This document shows positions 1 to 13,821 of a stretch of 64,000 bases of DNA, in pieces. This DNA comes from Squalus acanthias (lineage: Eukaryota). The DNA lies in assembly GCA_030390025.1 (NCBI GenBank), contig JASTWF010000034.1, positions 3,410,001 through 3,474,000 of the forward strand, in the 5' to 3' direction. The notes under the pieces are model-generated. The model did no database searches. It saw only the letters and a list, made by a program, of their open reading frames with translations, and was not told the origin of the DNA. How positions within the stretch are numbered: position 1 is the first letter of the stretch; the number at the start of each line of letters is the position of its first letter. Made by a program: the position numbers and the translations under genes.

Positions 1-3000
1 TTCCCGTTGTAGAGGGTATTATGTCAAAATTAGCAATTAACTGCAACTATATTCCCCGGTGTGGAGGGAATCAGGTCTAAATAAACCATTGAATGTAACT
101 TTATACCCCTTTGTACAAGGTATCATGTCTAAATTAACAATTAACTGTAACTTTATTCCCCGGTGTAGAGGGTATCATATCAAATTAACAATTAACTGTA
201 AATTTTTTCCCCGGTGTAGAGGGCATCATTTCAAAATTAACAATTAACTGCAACTTTATTCCCGGAATAAGAGTGGATCATGACTAAATTAACTATTAAC
301 TGTGACTTTATTCCCCATTGTAGAGGGAATCATTTCAAATTAAATATTAAGTGTAACTATATTCACAGGTGTAGAGGGCATCATGTCAATTTAACAATTA
401 TCTGTAACTTTATTCCCCGATGTAGAGGGGACCATACCTAAATTAACAATTAACTGTAACTATATTCCCCTGTGTAGAAAGTATCATGTCTAAATTAACA
501 ATTAACTGTAACTTTATTCCCCGGTGTAGAGGGGACCATATCTAAATTAACAATTAACTGTAACGTTATTCCCCGGTGTAGAGGGTATCTTGTCTAAAAT
601 AACAATTAGCTGTAACTATATTCCCCTGTGTTGAAATTATCATGTCTAAATTAACAATTAACTGTAACTTTATTCCCAGGTGCAGAGGGGACCATGTCTA
701 AATTAACAATTAACTGTAACGTTATTCCACGGTGTAGAGGGTATCATTTCAAATTAAATATTAAGTGTAACTTTATTCCCCGGTGTAGAGGGTATCCTAC
801 CAAATTAACAATTAACTGTAACCTTATATCCTCAGTGTAGAGGGTATGATGTCATATTTAACAATTAATTGTAACTTTATACCCTGGTGTGCAGGGTATC
901 ATGTCAAATTACCAATTGACAGTAACTTTATTCCCTGGTGTGGTGGGAAACTTTTCTTAATTTACTTAAACTGTAACTTTATTCCACAGTGTGGAGCGAA
1001 ACATATCTAAATTAACAAATAACTGTACATTTATTCCACTGTGTAAAAGGTAACATATCTAAATTAACAATTAGCTGCAACTTTATTCACCGTTGCAGAG
1101 GTCGTCGTTTCAAATTAAATATTAAGTGCAACTGTTTTTACTGGTGTAGAGGGCATCATGTCAAATTAACAATTAACTGTAACTTTATATCCTCAGCATA
1201 GATGGTATCATGACATATTAACAATTAACATTAACTTTATTCCACGGTGTAGAGGGCATCATGTCTAATTAACATTTAACTGTAGCCTTATTCCTCGGTG
1301 TAGTGGGTATCATATCTAAATTAATAATTTAATGTAACTTTATTCCCCGGTTCAGAGGTTGTCATGTAACATTAACAATCAACTGTAATATTGTTCCCCA
1401 GTGTAGAGGGTATCATGTAAAATTAACAATCAACTGAAACTTTATTCCCCAGTGTAGGGGTTTTAATGACATATTAAAAAATAACTTTAAATATATTCCC
1501 CAGTTTAGTGGGCATCATGTCAAATTAACAATTAACTCTAACTTTATTCCCTGGTGTAGAGTGTATCATATCAAATTAACAAGTAACTGTTACTGTAGTC
1601 CCCGGTGTAGAGGGAATAATTTCTAAATTAACAATTAACAGTAACTTTTTCCCGGTGTAGAGGGTATCATGTTAAATTAAAAATTAACTGTATCTTTACT
1701 CCTTGTTGTAGAGGGCATCATGTTTAAATTAATAATTTACTGTAACTTTATTCCCCGGTGTAGAGGTTATCAAGTCTTATTAATAATTGACTAGCACAGT
1801 ATTCCCCGGTGTAAAGGGTATCATGTCAAATTCACAATCAACTGTAACTTTATTCCCCGGTGTAGAGGGCTTCATGTCAAAATTAACAATTAATTGTAAA
1901 TTTATTCCCCGGTGTAGAGGGTATCATGTCTAAATTAACAACGAACTGTAACTATATCCCCCGGTGTTGAGGGAATCCTGTCTAAATTAACAATTAACAA
2001 TTGACTGGTACAGTATTCCCCAGTGAAAAGGGTATCATGACAAATTAAAAATTCACTTTAACATTATATCCCCAGTGTAGAGGATATCACGTCAAATTAA
2101 CAATTAAATGTAACTTTATTCCACGTTGAAGAGGATATCATGTCAAATTAACAATTAACTGTAAATTTACTCCCTGCTGTAGAGGCTTTATTCCCGGTGT
2201 AGAGGGTATCATGTTTAAATTAACAATTTACTATAACTTTATTCCCCGGTGTAGAGGTTATCAAGTCTTATTATTAATTGACTGGTACAGTATTCCCCGG
2301 TGTAAAGGGTATCATGTCAAATTCACAATCAACTGTAACTTTATTCCCCATGTAGAGTTTATCATGACAAATTAAATATTACCTTTAACATTATTCCCCA
2401 GTTTAGAGGATATCAAGTCAAATTAACAATTAATTGTAAATTTACTCCCTGCTATAGAGGGTTTCATGCCAAAATAAACAATTGACATTTACTTTATTCC
2501 CCGGTGTAGAGTGCATAATGTCGAAATTAACAATTAACTGTAACTTTATTCCCTGGTGTAGAGGGTATCATGTCAATTCAACAATTAATTGTAAATTTTT
2601 TCTCTGGTGCAGAGGGTAACATGTATAAATTAAAAATTAAATGTAACTTTATTCCCTGGTGTAGAGGATATCATGTCAAATTAACAATTAACTGTAACTT
2701 TATTCCACAGTGCAGAGGTCATCATGTCAATTCAACAATTAACTGTAACTTTAATCTCTGGTGCAAAGGCAATCATGTATAAATTAACAATTAAATGTAA
2801 CTTTATTCCCCGGTGTAGAGGATATCATGTCAAATTACCAATTAACTGTAACTTTATTCCCCAGTGTAAAGGTTATCATGACAGATTAACAATTAACTTT
2901 AACTTTATTCCACAGTGTAGAGGATATCATGTCAATTCAACTATTAATTGTAATTTTATTCCCCGGTGTAGAGGGCATCATATAAAATTAACAATTAACT

Positions 3001-6000
3001 GTAACTTTATTCCCCGGTGTAGAGGGCATCATATAAAATTAACAATTAACTGTAACTTTATTCCACGGCGTAGAGGGCAGCATTTCATAATTAACAATTA
3101 ACTGTAACTTTATTCCCCGGTGTAGAGGGCATCATGTCAATTTAACAATTAACTGAAACTTTATTCCCTGGTGTTGAGGGAATCCTGTCTAAATTAACAA
3201 TTAACAATAACATTATTCCCCGGTGTAGAGGGCATCATGTCTAAATTAACAATTACCTGTAACTTATTTCCCCTGCGTAGAAGGCATCATGTCTAAATTA
3301 ACTATTAACTGTAACTTTATTCCACAGTGTAGAGGGCATCATGTTTAAATTAACAATTAACTGTAACTTTATTTCCCGGTGTAGGTTGCATAATGTCAAA
3401 TTAACAATTAACTGTAACTTTATTCTCCGATGCAGAGGCAACATGTCAAATTAACTATTAAATTTAACATTATTCCCCAGTGCAGAGGATATCATGTCAA
3501 ATTAACAATTAACTGTAAATTTACTCTCTGCTGTAGAGGGTTTCATGTCTAAATTAACAATTGACAATTACGTTATTCCCCTGTGCCGAGAGCATCATGT
3601 CATATGAAAAATTGACTTTTAATTTAATCCCCGGTGTAGAACGTATCATGTCGAAATTAACAATTAACTTTAACTTTATTCCCCAGTGCAGAGGGTATCA
3701 AGTCAAATTAACAATTGGCTTTTACTTTATTCCCCGGTGTAGAGGGTAACATGTACATTGAACAATTACCTGTAACTTTATTCTCTGGTGCAGAGGGTAT
3801 CCTGTATAAATTAACAAGTAAATGTAACTTTCTTCCCCGGTGTAGAGGATATCATGTCAAATTAACAATTAAATGTAACTTTATTCCCCAGTGCAGAGGG
3901 TATCATGACAGATTAGCAAATAACTTCAACTTTATTCCCCGGTGTCGAGGGCATCATATAAAATTAACAATTAACTGTAACTTTATCCCCGGTGTAGAGG
4001 GTATCATATCAAATTAACAATTAACTGTAACTTTATTCCACGGTGTAGAGTGAATCGTGTCAAATTAACATTTAACTGTAACATTATTTCGCGGTGTAGA
4101 GTGTATCATATCTAAATTAACAATTTAATGTAACTTTATACCCCGGTGTAGAGGTTATCATGTAAAATTAACAATCGACTGTAACTTTATTCCCCAGTGT
4201 AGAGTGTATCATGTCAAATTAACAAGTAACTGTAACTTTAGTTCCCGGTGTAGAGGGCTTCATGTCAAAATTAACAAATAAATGTAACATTATTTCACAG
4301 TGTACAGGGTATCATTTCATTATTAGCAATTGACTGAAACTTTATTCCATTGTGTGGAGGGAATCATGCCTAAATTAACAATTAACTATAACTTTATTCC
4401 CCGGTGTGCAGGGAATCATGTCTAAATTAAAAATTAACTGTAACTTTATTCCCCTGTGCAGAAGGTATCATGTAAAATTAACAATCAAGTTTAACTTTAT
4501 TCCCCGGTGTAGAAGGTATCATGTAAAATTAACAATCATCTGTAACTTTATTCCCAGTGTAGAGGTTATCATGACAAATTAAAAATTAAATTTAAATTTA
4601 TTCCCCAGTGTAGCGGGTATCATGGCAAAATTAACAATTTACTGTAACATTATTCCAAATTGTAGAGGATATCATGCCAAAATTAGCAATTCACTGTAAC
4701 TTTATTCTATGGTGTGCAGGGAATCATGTCTAAATTAACAATTAACTGTTACCTTATTCCCCGGTACACAGGGTATCATGTCAAAATTAGCAATTAACCG
4801 TAACGATATTCCCCGGCGTAGAGGGCATCATGACAAATTAAAAAGTAACTTTTACTTTATTCCCCAGTTTAGAAGGTATCATGTCTAAATTAAAAATTAA
4901 CTGTCATTTTATTCACCAATGTAGAGGGCCTCCTGTCGAAATTAACAATTAACTGAAACTTTACAACCCTGTGTAGAGGGCATCATGTCAAATTAACAAT
5001 TAAGTGTAATTTTATTCCCCGGTTTAGAGGGCTTCATTTCTGCATTAACAATTCACTGTAACTTTATTCCCCGGTGTAGAGGGCATCATGTCAAATTAAC
5101 ATTTAAATGTAATCTTATTCCTCGGTGTAGAGGGTATCATATCTAAATTTACAATTTAATGTAACTTTATTCCCCGCTGTAGAGGTTATCATTTAAAAAT
5201 ATCAATCAACTGTAACTTTGTTCCCCAGTGTAGAGGTTATCATGTAAAATTAACAATCAACTATAACTTTATTCCCCAATTTAGAGGTTTTCATCACAAA
5301 TTAACAAATAACTTTAAATATATTCCCCAGGTTAGTGGGCATCATGTCAAATTAACAAATAACTCTAACTGTATTCCCCGGTGTAGAGTGTATCATGTCA
5401 AATTCATAAGTAACTGTAACTTTAGTCCCCGGTGTAGAGGGCTTCATTTCAAAATTAGCAATTAAGTGTAACATTATTCCACACTGCAGAGGGTTCCTTG
5501 TCAAAATTAGCAATTGACTGAATTAACAATTAACTGCAACTTTATTCCCCTGTGTGCAGGGAATCATGTCTACATTAACAATTAACTGTAACTTTATTCA
5601 ACGTTGTAGAGGGCTTCATGTCAAAATAAATATTAAGGGTAACTATATTCACTGATGTAGAGGGTATCGTGTCAAATCAACATATAACAGTAACTTTATT
5701 CCTCAATGTAGCAGGAATCATGTCTAAATTAACAATTACCTGTAACTTTATTCCCCGGTGTTGAGGGGATCCTGTCTAAATTAACAATTAACTGTAACTT
5801 AATTCCCCGTTTTTGAGGGAATCCTGTCTAAATTAACAATTAACTGTAACTTTATTCCCCGGTGTAGAAGGTATCATGTGTGAATTAACAATTAACTGGA
5901 GCTTCATTCCCTGGAATACCGGGAATCATGTCTTAATTAAAGATTAACAGTAATTTTATTCCCCAGTGTAGAGGGCATCATGTCGAAATTAACAATTAAC

Positions 6001-9000
6001 TGTAACTTTATTGCCCGGTGTAGAGGGCATCATGGCAAATTAAAACTTAACTGTTACTTTATTTCCCGGTGTCGAGGTTATCATGTCTACATTAACAATT
6101 AACTGTAAATTTATTCCCCTGTGCAGAAGGTATCATGTAAAATTAACAATCAACTTTAACTTTATTCCCCGGTGTAGAGGGTATCATGTAAAACTAACAA
6201 ATAACTGTAACTTAATTCCCAGTGTAGAGGTTTTCATGACAAATTAAAGATTACATTTATATTTATTACCCAGTGTAGCGGGCATCATGGCATAATTAAC
6301 AATTAACTGTAACATTATTCCAAAGTGTAGAGGATATCATGTGAAAATTAGCAATTCACTGTAACTTTATTCTATGGTGTGCAGGGAATCATGTCTAAAT
6401 TAACAATTAACTGTAACTTTATTCCCCGGTATACAGGGCATCATATCAAAATTAGCAATTAAACGTAACTATATTCCCCGGTGCATAGGGCATCATATCG
6501 AAATTAACAATTAACTGTAACTTTATTCACCGTTGTAGAGGGCTTCATGTCAAAATAAATATTAAGGGTAACTATATTCACTGATGTAGAAGGTATCGTG
6601 TCAAATCAACATATAACAGTAACTTTATTCCTCGATGTAGCAGGAATCATGTCTAAATTAACAATTACCTGTAACTTTATTCCGCAGTGTAGAAGGTATC
6701 ATGTGTAAATTAACAATTAACTGTAACTTCATTCCCTGGAATACCGGGAATCATGTCTTTATTAACGATTAACTGTAATTTTATTCCCCAGTGTAGAGGG
6801 CATCATGTCAAATTAACAATTAACTGTTACTTTATTTCCCGGTGTCGAGGTTATCATGTCTATATTGACAATTAACTGTATCTTTATTCCCCGGTGTCGA
6901 GGGCATCATATTAATTTAACAATTAACTGTAACTTTATTTCCCGTTGTAGAGGGTATCATATCAAATGAACAATTAACTGTAACTTTACTCCCCGGTGTA
7001 GAGGGTATCATGTCAAAATTAACAATTAACTGTAACTTCTTTCCCCGGTGTAGAGGGCATCATGTCAAAATTTGCAATTAACTGTAGCTATATTCCCCGG
7101 TGTGATGTGTACGTTGTTTAAGTTAACAATTAACTGTAACCTTAATCCCTGGTTTAGAGGATATCATGTAGAATTAACAATTAACTGTAACTTATTCCCC
7201 GGTGTAGAGGGCATTATGTCAAAATTAACAATTAACTGTAACTTTATTCCTCGGTGTAAAGGATATTATGTCAAAATTAGCAATTAACTGTAACTATATT
7301 CCACGGTGCAGAGTGTATCTAATCAAATTAACAATTAACTGTAACTTTATTTATCAGTGTAGAGGGTTCCATTTCAAATTAAATGTATCATTATTCCCCA
7401 GTGTAGAGATTATTGACTGTAATTTTATTCCACAGTGTAGAGGGTATCATGTATATTCAACAATTAACAGTAAGTTTATTCTCTGGTGTACAGGGTATCA
7501 TGTCTAAATTAACAATTAACTGTAACTTTATTTCAGAGTGTTGAGGACATCATGAAAAATTAACAATTAACTGTAACTTTATCCCCCGGTGTAGAGGGCA
7601 TCATATCAAATTAACAATTTACTGTAACTTTATCCCCCGGTGTAGAGCGCATCATGTAAAAAATAACAATTAGTTGCATCTTTATCCCGCATTGTAGTGG
7701 GTATCATGTCTAAATTAACAATTAACCGTAACTGTTTTACCCAGTGTAGAGTATATCATGTCAAATTAACAATTAAATTAACTTTATTCCCCGGTGTAGA
7801 GGATATTATGTCAATTAAAAATTAACTGTAAAATTGTTCTCTTGTGTACAGGATAACATGCCAAATAAAAAATTAACTGTGACTTTATTCTGTGCTGTAG
7901 AGGATATCATGTCTAAATTAACAATTAAGTGTAAAATTATTCTCCGGTGTAGAGGTTATGATGTCAAATTAACAATTTACTGTAACTTTATTCACCGGTG
8001 TAAAGGGCATCATGTAAAAATTAATAATTAACTGTAACTTCATTCCCTGGAATACCGGGAATCATGTCTTCATTAAAGATTAACAGTAATTTTATTCCCC
8101 AGTTTAGAGGGCATCATGTCGAAATTAACAATTAACTGTAACTTTATTGCCCAGTGTAGCGGGCATCATGGCATAATTAACAATTATCTGTAACATTATT
8201 CCAAAGTGTAGAGGATATCATGTGAAAATTAGCAATTCACTGTAACTTTATTCTATGGTGTGCAGGGAATCATGTCTAAATTAACAATTAACTGTAACTT
8301 TATTCCCCGGTATACAGGGTATCATGTCAAAATTAGCAATTAAACGTAACTATATTCCCCGGTGCATAGGGCATCATATCGAAATTAACAATTAACTGTA
8401 ACTTTATTCACCGTTGTAGAGGGCTTCATGTCAAAATAAATATTAAGGGTAACTATATTCACTGATGTAGAGGGTATCGTGTCAAATCAACATATAACAG
8501 TAACTTTATTCCTCAATGTAGCAGGAATCATGTCTAAATTAACAATTAACTGTAACTTAATTCCCCGTTTTTGAGGGAATCCTGTCTAAATTAACAATTA
8601 ACTGTAACTTTATTCCTCAGTGTAGAAGGTATCATGTGTAAATTAACAATTAACTGTAACTTCATTCCCTGGAATACCGGGAATCATGTCTTAATTAACG
8701 ATTAACTGTAATTTTATTCCCCAGTGTAGAGGGCATCATGTCAAAATTAACAATTAACTGTAACTTTATTGCCCAGTGTAGAGGGATCCATTTCAAACTA
8801 AATGTATCATTATTCCCCAGTGTAGAGATTATTGACTGTAATTTTTTTCCACAGTGTAGAGGGTATGATGTAAATCCAACAATTAACAGTAAGTTTATTC
8901 TCTGATGTACAGGGCATTATGTCTAAATTAACAATTAACTGTAACTTTATTTCCCGGTGCAGAGGGTATCATATCAAATTAACAATTTACTGTACCTTTA

Positions 9001-12000
9001 TTCCCCGGTGTAGAGGGCATCATGTAAAAGTTAACAATTAACTGTAACTTTATTCCGCATTGTAGTGTGTATCATGTCAAAATTAACAATTAACAGTAAC
9101 TTTCTTCCCCGGTGTAGTGGATATTATGTCAATTAAAAATTAACTGTAAAATTGTTCTCTTGTGTATAGGATATCATGCCAAATTCAACATTAGCTTTGA
9201 CTTTATTCTGTGCTGTAGAGGATATCATGTCTAAATTAACAATTAACTGTATAATTATTCTCCGGTGTAGAGGTTATCATGTCAAATTAACAATTAACAG
9301 CAACTTTATTCCCCGATGTAGAGGGTATCCTGTCTAATTTAGCAATTAACTGTAAGGTTGTTCCCCAGTGTAGAAGGTATCATGACTAAATTAACAATTA
9401 AGTGTAACTTTATTCCCCTGTTGAGAAGGTATCATGTCTAAATTAACAATTAAGTGTAACTTTATTCCCCTTTTGAGAAGGTATCATGTCTAAATTAACA
9501 ATTAACTGTAACTTTATTCCCCAGTGTAGAGGGCATCATGTCGAAATTAAAAAATAATTGTAACTTTATTCCCCGTGTATCGGGCATCATGTCAAATTAA
9601 CAATTAACTTTAACATTATTCCCCGGTGTAGAGGGTATCATATCAAATTAACAATTAACTGTAACTTCATTCCCAGGTGTAGAGTGTAGCTTATCAAATT
9701 AACAATTAAGTGTAACTTTATTCCCCGGTTTAGAGGGAATCATTTCTAAATTAACAATTCACTGTAACTTTATTCCCCGGTGTAGAGGGCATCATGTCAA
9801 ATTAACATTTAAATGTAATCTTATTCCTCGGTGCAGAGGGTATCATATCTAAATTTACAATTTAATGTAACTTTATTCCCCGGTGTAGAGGTTATCGTGT
9901 AAAAATAACAATCATCTGTAACTTTGTTACCCAGTGTAGAGGTTATCATGTAAAATTAACAATTAACTTTAACATTATTCCCCAGTGTAGAGGATATCGT
10001 GTCAAATTAACAATTAACTGTAAATTTGCTCCTTGGTGTTGAGTGTTTCATGCCTAAATTAACAATTGATATTTACGTTATTCCCCGGTGTAGAGGATAT
10101 CATGTCGAAGTTAACAATTAACTGTAAGTTTATTCCCCGGTGCATAGGGTATCATGTCAATTTAACAATTGAGTGTAACTTTATTCTCCTGTGCATAGTG
10201 TATCATGTCAAAATTAACTATTAACTGTAACTTTATTCCCCGGTGTATAGTGTATCATGTCGAAATTAACAATTGACTGTAATTTATTCCCCGGTGTAGA
10301 GTGCATCATGTCGAAATTAACAATTAACTGTAACTTTACTCCCCGGTGTAGAGGGCACCATTTCAAATTAACTGTATCTTTATTCCCCCAGTGTAGAAAT
10401 TATCATGTTAAAAAAATGACTGCAACTTTATTCCACAGTGTGGAGGGTATCACGTCAATTCAACAATTTACTGTAACTTTATTCCCCAGTGTAGAGGGTA
10501 TCATATCAAATTAACCATTAACTGTAACTTTATTCCCCGGTGTAGAGGTTATCATGCCAAATTAACAATTACCTGTAACCTTATATCCTGAGTGCAGAGG
10601 GTATGATGTCTTATTTAACAATTAAATGTAACTTTATACCCTGGTGTGGAGGGTATCATGTCAAATTACCAATTGACAGTAACTTTATTCCCTGGTGTGG
10701 TGGGAAACTTTTCTTAATTTACAATTAACTGCAACATTATTCCACAGTGCAGAGGGTATCTTGTCAAAATTAGCAATTGACTGAAACTTTATTCCATTGT
10801 GTGGAGGGAATCATGTCTAAATTAACAATTAACTGCAACTTTATTCCCCGGTGTAGAGGGTATCATGTAAAATTAACAATCAACTGTAACTTAATTCCCA
10901 GTGTAGAGGTTTTCATGACAAATTAAAGATTACATTTATATTTATTCCCCAGTGTAGCGGGCATCATGGCATAATTAACAATTAACTGTAACATTATTCC
11001 AAAGTGTAGAGGATAACATGTGAAAATTAGCAATTGACTGTAACTTTATTCTATGGTGTGCAGGGAATCATGTCTAAATTAACAATTAACTGTAACTTTA
11101 TTCCCCGGTATACAGGGTATCATGTCAAAATTAGCAATTAAACGTAACTATATTCCCCGGTGCATAGGGCATCATATCGAAATTAACAATTAACTGTAAC
11201 TTTATTCACCGTTGTAGAGGGCTTCATGTCAAAATAAATATTAAGGGTAACTATATTCACTGATGTAGAGGGTATCGTGTCAAATCAACATATAACAGTA
11301 ACTTTATTGCTCGATGTAGCAGGAATCATGTCTAAATTAACAATTACCTGTAACTTTATTCCCCGGTGTTGAGGGGATCCTGTCTAAATTAACAATTAAC
11401 TGTAACTTAATTCCCCGTTTTTGAGGGAATCCTGTCTAAATTAACAATTAACTGTAACTTTATTCCCCAGTGTAGAAGGTATCATGTGTAAATTAACAAT
11501 TAACTGTAACTTCATTCCCTGGAATACCGGGAATCATGTCTTAATTAACGATTAACTGTAATTTTATTCACCAGTGTAGAGGGCATCATGTCGAAATTAA
11601 CAATTAACTGTAACTTTATTGCCCGGTGTAGAGGGCATAATGGCAAATTAAAATTAACTGTAACTTTATTCTCCCGTGTAGAGGGCATCATGTCAAATTA
11701 ACAATTAACTGTTACTTTATTTCCCGGTGTCGAGGTTATCATGTCTACATTAACAATTAACTGTAAATTTATTCCCCTGTGCAGAAGGTATCATGTAAAA
11801 TTAACAATCAACTTTAACTTTATTCCCCGGTGTAGAGGGTATCATGTAAAATTAACAATCAACTGTAACTTAATTCCCAGTGTAGAGGTTTTCATGACAA
11901 ATTAAAGATTACATTTATATTTATTCCCCAGTGTAGCGGGCATCATGGCATAATTAACAATTAACTGTAACATTATTCCAAAGTGTAGAGGATATCATGT

Positions 12001-13821
12001 GAAAATTAGCAATTGACTGTAACTTTATTCTATGGTGTGCAGGGAATCATGTCTAAATTAACAATTAACTGTAACTTTATTCCCCGGTATACAGTACATC
12101 ATATCAAAATTAGCAATTCAACGTAACTATATTCCCCGGTGCATAGGGCATCATATCGAAATTAACAATTAACTGTAACTTTATTCACCGTTGTAGAGGG
12201 CTTCATGTCAAAATAAATATTAAGGGTAACTATATTCACTGATGTAGAGGGTATCGTGTCAAATCAACATATAACAGTAACTTTATTGCTCGATGTAGCA
12301 GGAATCATGTCTAAATTAACAATTACCTGTAACTTTATTCCCCGGTGTTGAGGGGATCCTGTCTAAATTAACAATTAACTGTAACTTAATTCCCCGTTTT
12401 TGAGGGAATCCTGTCTAAATTAACAATTAACTGTAACTTTATTCCTCAGTGTAGAAGGTATCATGTGTAAATTAACAATTAACTGTAACTTCATTCCCTG
12501 GAATACCGGGAATCATGTCTTAATTAACGATTAACTGTAATTTTATTCACCAGTGTAGAGGGCATAATGTCGAAATTAACAATTAACTGTAACTTTATTG
12601 CCCGGTGTAGAGGGCATAATGGCAAATTAAAAATTAACTGTAACTTTATTCTCCCGTGTAGAGGGCATCATGTCAAATTAACAATTAACTGTTACTTTAT
12701 TTCCCGGTGTCGACGTTATCATGTCTATATTTACAATTAACTGTATCTTTATTCCCCGGTGTCGCGGGCTTCATATTAATTTAACAATTAACTGTAACTT
12801 TATTCCCCGGTGTAGAGGGTATCATTTCAAATTAACTGTATCTTTATTCCTCTGTGTAGAGATTATCATGATAAAAAAATTCACTTTTACTTTATTCCCC
12901 GGTGTAGAGGGTATCATGTAAATTCAACAATTACCTGCAACTTTATTCCCTGGTCCAGAGGGTGGCATGTATAAATTAATAATTAAATGTAACTTTATTC
13001 CCCGGTGTAGAGGATATCATGTCAAATTAACAATTACATGTAACTTTATTCCCCAGAGTATAGGGTATCATGACAGATTAACAATTAACTTCAACTTTAT
13101 TCTCCGGTGTTCAGGGCATCATATAAAATTAACAATTAACTGTAACTTTATTTCCCGATGTAGAGGGTATCATATCAAATGAACAATTAACTGTAACTTT
13201 ACTCCCCGGTGTAGAGGGCATCATGTCAAAATTAACAATTAAATGTAACTTCTTTCCCCGGTGTAGAGGGCATCATGTCAAAATTTGCAATTAACTGTAA
13301 CTATATTCTCCGGTGTGATGTGTATGATGTTTAATTTAACAATTAACTGTAACCTTAATCCCTGGTTTAGAGGATATCATGTCTAAATAACAATTAATTG
13401 TAACTTATTCCCCGGTGTAGAGGGCATTATGTCAAAATTAACAATTAACTGTAACTTTATTCCTCGGTGTAAAGGATATTATGTCAAAATTAGCAATTAA
13501 CTGTAACTATATTGCACGGTGCAGAGTGTATCATATCAAATTAACAATTAACTGTAACTTTATTTCTCAGTGCAGAGGTTTCCATTTCAAATTAATTGTA
13601 TCATTATTCCCCAGTGTAGAGATTATTGACTGTAATTTTATTCCACAGTGTAGAGGGTATCATGTAAATTCAACAATGAACAGTAAGTTTATTCTCTGGT
13701 GTACACGGCATCATGCCTAAATTAACAATTAACTGTAACTTTATTTCCCGGTGTAGTGGTTATCATATCAAATTAACAATTTACTGTAACTTTATCCCCC
13801 GGTGTAGAGGGCATCATGTAA

